Positions 59,669-64,000 of a stretch of DNA of 64,000 nucleotides are shown here, piece after piece. The stretch spans positions 320,001-384,000 of the forward strand of contig OZ252287.1 of assembly GCA_965250085.1 (NCBI GenBank), read 5' to 3'. Position 1 is the stretch's first letter, and each line of letters begins with the position of its first letter. Made by a program: the position numbers and the translations under genes. The notes under the pieces are model-generated. The model saw only the letters and a program-made list of their open reading frames with translations, was not told where the DNA came from and ran no database searches. Origin of the DNA: Candidatus Altimarinota bacterium (GTDB taxonomy: Bacteria > Patescibacteriota > Gracilibacteria > CAIRYL01).

Positions 59669-59934
59669 AAGTTTTAAAGTATAAAGTGTGTTATTTTAAA
59701 ATATTTATTATGTATTAGTCAATCAATTTCTAAGAGGCTTTTTCCCTACATTATATCACATTGAAAGGAAAAAAAGAACTCTTTTCCCTCGCATTAATGA
59801 GAGTTTCATTGTACTTCGAAAACTGAAAGAGAAGCAATTTTTTTTCTCGTGAAAAAGGTTACTAAAAAAACATTTTTGAGATTTCACAGATTGGATAAAC
59901 CGATCACAATATCGGCGGTACCTTATTTAAAGTC

Positions 59935-60966
59935 ATGTCTTTCAAATCTCTTCTTCCGGTGTTTATAGGGGTGCTCTTTTCGGGAGGATTTTATATATTC
60001 CATTCTGCACGTATCTCCAGTACAGAAGAGACTTTGCACTGCTCTCTTGAAGAAAATGGAGAAGAATCTCCACACTGCTCTTTTGAAGAAAGAGAAGGAG
60101 AAACAACAACACAGGTTCAAACTCTTGGGAGAATTTCTCCCGAACTTCTTCTGAGTGGAGGTCCTCCAAAAGATGGAATTCCCGCTCTTGATAATCCTGC
60201 TTTTGACAATATTGAGCAGACACCGTTTTCTGATAAAGAGCTTGTTGTGGGAGTCTATCTGAATGATGAAGCCAGGGCGTATCCGTATGGGATTTTAAAT
60301 TGGCATGAAATTGTAAATGACCGCATTGGTGATACTCCCATCAGTGTCACCCTTTGTCCGTTATGTGATACAACTCCTGTGTTCATCCGCAAGGTGAACG
60401 GACAAGAAACAACATTTGGAGTGTCTGGAAAACTCTTTCAGAGTTGTCTGGTCATGTATGACCGACTGACCGATAGTTTATGGAGCCAGCCTTGGGGGAT
60501 GGGCATTATGGGACCACAAACCAATGAAGATCTCACCAGAATCCCCGCGGTCAAAACCACATTGGGAGCATGGAAGAAGCAATATCCAGAAACAAAAGTA
60601 CTCTCTCTTGAAACGGGATACAATCGCGATTATTTCAGGTCTCCTTATGGCAGTTACGCCACTGATGAAACTCTGATTTTTCCGATCAGAAATCAAGAAT
60701 CAAGATCTGGTCATCCCAAAAACATTGAATCATATATCTGGAGAGCAGATGACAGTCAGCATCCAAAAAACACCTTCTTTGGTGACTCTCAGCATGTTTT
60801 GCATACTGAAGCGAAAGAAAAAGGAGAAATCAAATTTATTTTTCAAGGACAAGAAACTTTCGCCCGATGGGATGATGAACTCCAAACCGTTCGATTTTTT
60901 CAAAATGAAGAAGAAATTCCTTCGAGTACTGCCTTTGCGTTTGTGTATCCTGCCTTTTTTGAATAG
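59935..60966 (+). CDS. DUF3179 family protein
   Basis: SGGPPKDGIPAL, ARAYP..WHEIVND, TLCPLC, FGVSGKL, MYDRLTDSLWSQ. Confidence 0.85.
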   Translation: MSFKSLLPVFIGVLFSGGFYIFHSARISSTEETLHCSLEENGEESPHCSFEEREGETTTQVQTLGRISPELLLSGGPPKDGIPALDNPAFDNIEQTPFSDKELVVGVYLNDEARAYPYGILNWHEIVNDRIGDTPISVTLCPLCDTTPVFIRKVNGQETTFGVSGKLFQSCLVMYDRLTDSLWSQPWGMGIMGPQTNEDLTRIPAVKTTLGAWKKQYPETKVLSLETGYNRDYFRSPYGSYATDETLIFPIRNQESRSGHPKNIESYIWRADDSQHPKNTFFGDSQHVLHTEAKEKGEIKFIFQGQETFARWDDELQTVRFFQNEEEIPSSTAFAFVYPAFFE

Positions 60967-61027
60967 CAGTTCCTCTTCTCCCCTTATCAAGGGGAGAGAT
61001 GTCTCCTTCCTCCTTTAAAAAAGGGGG

Positions 61028-61774
61028 CTAGTCTTCGACTCTGAATGTTTCCATAAGTTCTTTTGCAAACTGCCTCGCTTTTTTTCCTACAATAAAATCA
61101 AAGTGTTGAAAATGATCGTGATGCACTACTTCTAGTTGGAGAGGCGTTGTTATACTTGGTGTTTGATTGAGAGGAGGAACAACATTATCTTCTTCTGAAA
61201 CATGGCAAGTAACAGAAACATCCTGCAAAAATATTTCATTTAGGCTTCGAAGGAATTCAGAGTCTGGAGATACCTGCTGCACCATTTCACCCATTCTCAA
61301 GAATGAGCCCACTCTTGCTTGTGGTGTCCCTCGGAAGGGGGTGGCAAGAGCTACAAGTCCGGCAACATCTTGTATATTTCGCTGTGTTTCAAGTCCGATA
61401 AGCCCTCCAGTGCTATGCCCTATAATTGTAAGGTCTTCATTTTTTTCATGATCCCTGAAGATTTGTTCAATTTTTTCTCGCAACTTCTCTGCAGAGACTC
61501 TTATATCATCCGTATTCCATCGAGAAAATATTGGAGCATAAGCAACATTGTGTTTGTCTCTTAAAAAATCTCCCAGTTCTTTCATGGTCCTTGGCAATGA
61601 ACAAATTCCATGAACCATGAGAAGGGTTGATGCATTGTTACCGTGTTCAAAATTATCTTGAGGAGCTGGTCCAACTTCTCGTAATCTTTGCAGAGCATGC
61701 CCCTTTAAATATGAAGGGGTTACGAGAGCTTTGAGAGCTGTTGCCATTGGACTATCTTCGGAGTGAAGCTTCAT
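61028..61774 (-). CDS. alpha/beta hydrolase (lipase-like)
   Basis: VHG, GHSTGG, LATPFRGT, DNVVPP, QH. Confidence 0.82.
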   Translation of the reverse strand: MKLHSEDSPMATALKALVTPSYLKGHALQRLREVGPAPQDNFEHGNNASTLLMVHGICSLPRTMKELGDFLRDKHNVAYAPIFSRWNTDDIRVSAEKLREKIEQIFRDHEKNEDLTIIGHSTGGLIGLETQRNIQDVAGLVALATPFRGTPQARVGSFLRMGEMVQQVSPDSEFLRSLNEIFLQDVSVTCHVSEEDNVVPPLNQTPSITTPLQLEVVHHDHFQHFDFIVGKKARQFAKELMETFRVED

Positions 61775-61960
61775 ATCAGAAAAATCTAGATTATATTTTT
61801 ATCATAAAGCAATAAATACGTCAAATAATGCCTTTTTTATTCCTGCACCGCATCAAATGCAGTATAAACTCCAGCAAAAATTTAGTTTTAGAAAGCTAAG
61901 CTGGATTTCGAATCACTTCGACTTCGCTTAGTGCGGGCAAATTCGGGATGACGAATCGGA

Positions 61961-62035
61961 TGGTGGGTGAGGTGGGGGTCGAACCCACGGCCAATGGCTT
62001 AAGAGGCCACTGCTCTACCACTGAGCTACTCACCC
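61961..62035 (-). tRNA. tRNA-Lys(CTT)
   Basis: GGGTGAGTAGCTCAGTGGTAGAGCAGTGGCCT-CTT-AAGCCA...CACCCACCA. Confidence 0.95.
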
Positions 62036-62156
62036 AAAAACGGAAAAAAGTCTAAAGTAAAATATTTAGCGACTCAATGTCTTTTTTCCCATTTATAATT
62101 TATCTCTCAGGATTTACAATCCTTGAGGATTTTGTAATTCTCTCTATTTTTCAAAC

Positions 62157-63311
62157 TTGACTCCTCAGGTTCATATCGGCATTGATGCCCGCATGTACTC
62201 CAAAAGCTTCACTGGTATTGGAAGATATACTCATGAACTCACCAAACATTTGTTTGTGCTCAGGCCAGAATGGCACTTTACACTCTTTTTGGCACCTCAG
62301 GAATATGAAGCATTTGATCCCCCGTCACTCAATGTAGACAAGGTGTTATCTCCAGAAAAACATTACTCCTTTGCAGAACAAACTTCATTTTGGACAAAAA
62401 TTTCTCGACAAAAGTTTGACCTCTTTCATTTTCCGCATTTCAATGCTCCCCTGCTCTATGCAGGCAAAACAATTGTCACTATTCATGATCTGACTATTTC
62501 ATTTTTTCCCGGAAAAAAGAAGACATCTTGGCTGGATAAAGCGGGATACAAACTGGTGGTTTCTGACATCGTCAAAAAATCCAAAAAAGTAATTGCTGTC
62601 TCTGAAAATACTAAAAAAGACCTCCAAAATATCCTCAAAGCTCCAGAAGAAAAAATAGCAGTGGTTTGGAACGGCCTTGGAGCAGAGTTTTTGAGAGAGG
62701 AGCAAAACGTTGAGCAAGTTAAATCTCTCTTTGGGAAACTCAAAAAAAAGCATGAAATCGAATATCCATACTTCTTGTACACTGGAGTACATCGCGAGCA
62801 TAAGAATGTAGTGGGAATGATTAAGGCATTTGAGAAATTTCTCAAAAAACGTCCAAACGTTCAATTGGTCATTACCGGAAAAGAAGATCCATATTACCCT
62901 GAAATTAGAGAAGAAATTGAGAAAAGCAGTCTCCAAAACAATGTCAAAACAGTGGGCCTTGTCTCTGAAAATGAGCTCAAGACACTGTTTTATCATGCTC
63001 ATACATTTGTGTTTCCGAGCTTCTATGAAGGATTTGGCCTTCCTCCACTCGAAGCGATGGCGATGGAGATACCAGTTGTAGCGTCAAATGCCAGCTCCAT
63101 ACCAGAGATCTGCGCAGATGCAGCAGAATATTTTGACCCAAAAAATATTGATGATATTGCAGAAAAAATGACAAAAGTATTTAGTGATACAAAAAGAAGA
63201 AATGAACTCAGGGAAAAAGGAAAAAAGCGAATACAGTTCTTCTCATGGAAACGAATGGCAGAAGAAACCATAAAAGTATATGAAGAAGTACTTTTTCCAG
63301 AAGCAGATTGA
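62157..63311 (+). CDS. GT4 glycosyltransferase
   Basis: GIDAR, TGIGRY, TIHDL, FPSFYEGFGLPPLEAM. Confidence 0.92.
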   Translation: MTPQVHIGIDARMYSKSFTGIGRYTHELTKHLFVLRPEWHFTLFLAPQEYEAFDPPSLNVDKVLSPEKHYSFAEQTSFWTKISRQKFDLFHFPHFNAPLLYAGKTIVTIHDLTISFFPGKKKTSWLDKAGYKLVVSDIVKKSKKVIAVSENTKKDLQNILKAPEEKIAVVWNGLGAEFLREEQNVEQVKSLFGKLKKKHEIEYPYFLYTGVHREHKNVVGMIKAFEKFLKKRPNVQLVITGKEDPYYPEIREEIEKSSLQNNVKTVGLVSENELKTLFYHAHTFVFPSFYEGFGLPPLEAMAMEIPVVASNASSIPEICADAAEYFDPKNIDDIAEKMTKVFSDTKRRNELREKGKKRIQFFSWKRMAEETIKVYEEVLFPEAD

Positions 63312-63459
63312 AAGCAGAAAGTAAAAAATTTGCAAAAGCCCCCTTGATAAAATGGATTTTTTCTCCTCCCTTGAAAAGGGAGGCTGGGTGGATTTATTCT
63401 ATGAGAAATGAGATACCTGCTTTCGCAAGTACAAACTTTACAAACTTTTGACTTAATTT

Positions 63460-63771
63460 ATGCAACGTCTTAGTGATATATTGCCCAAAATAACAGCTCG
63501 CTATCAACTTGATGAGAGCGCTACTGCCAGTCAGATATTAGAAGTTGCGGAACAATATCTCAAAGAAATCTTTGACGAAGACAATGTTGGAAGAGAAAAA
63601 AATATATTTCCCCAAAAACTCAAAAATGGTGTCCTGTTTTGCGAGGTCTCTTCCTCCGGGTGGAATCATAGCCTCTTTCTTAAAAAAGAAGATGTGCTGA
63701 GTCATCTCAAATCACAGTTTCCAAGCTGTACCATTACTGATATTCGAGGAATTGTAAAAGGTGTTCATTAG
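63460..63771 (+). CDS. DUF721/DciA-like protein
   Basis: LKNGVLFCEVSSSGWNHSL...ITDIR. Confidence 0.7.
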   Translation: MQRLSDILPKITARYQLDESATASQILEVAEQYLKEIFDEDNVGREKNIFPQKLKNGVLFCEVSSSGWNHSLFLKKEDVLSHLKSQFPSCTITDIRGIVKGVH

Positions 63772-63828
63772 AGGTATTTCTCTTTGAGATAAATAGTATT
63801 TTTTAATTTACAATTCTCTTTTTAACGA

Positions 63829-64000
63829 TTACATCCCTCTCTCGGTTTTGATCTTCTCTGCTACATTGGTCGGTACTTTGTCATAGTGTCCAAACTCCAT
63901 GCTATAACTCGCACGTCCCTGACTCATAGAGCGCAGATCGGTAGCATATCCAAACATTTCTGCAAGAGGCACCTGTGCTTTGATCACCTTGGCGGTTCCC
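63829..64000 (-). CDS. fusA: elongation factor G, C-terminal end (partial)
   Basis: [32 protein letters not shown]. Confidence 0.93.
   Translation of the reverse strand, partial: GTAKVIKAQVPLAEMFGYATDLRSMSQGRASYSMEFGHYDKVPTNVAEKIKTERGM

Noticed and set aside
59935-60966. Selenoprotein version of DUF3179
   Set aside because: The motif is plain CPLC with no in-frame TGA

Overview
AT-rich bacterial chromosome segment in standard code 11 (several his genes end in TGA with ATGA overlaps). Gene content and style (orphan-rich, few Shine-Dalgarno sites, large orphan OppA-like gene beside secG, sortase, Cys-rich repeat protein) suggest a CPR/Patescibacteria genome, possibly Peregrinibacteria-like; this is an inference. 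It carries a complete his operon (yerC/hisR-hisS-hisG-D-C-B-[H-A-F fused]-IE), ribBA, pdxST, sdaAB/AA, aroE, an N-terminal-only mutS, an ECF sigma module, five tRNAs and the end of fusA. Two islands sit at the 3' ends of tRNA-Ile isoacceptors: a GC-rich ~8.2 kb island (13367-21614) and a ~12.5 kb defence-like island (30151-42666). Main observation: in both islands the 9-bp attachment core lies inside the 3' end of the large serine recombinase gene. In the integrated state the gene ends in antisense tRNA sequence, while an in-frame alternative C-terminus (27 aa ending in AA, and 52 aa) sits at the far island end. Excision would therefore swap the recombinase tail, a candidate integration-dependent switch. 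Island 1 also carries a tyrosine integrase with an apparently intact tRNA-Thr attP. Several REP-like and heptamer repeat families occur, some translated inside genes, including the HisA-HisF fusion linker.
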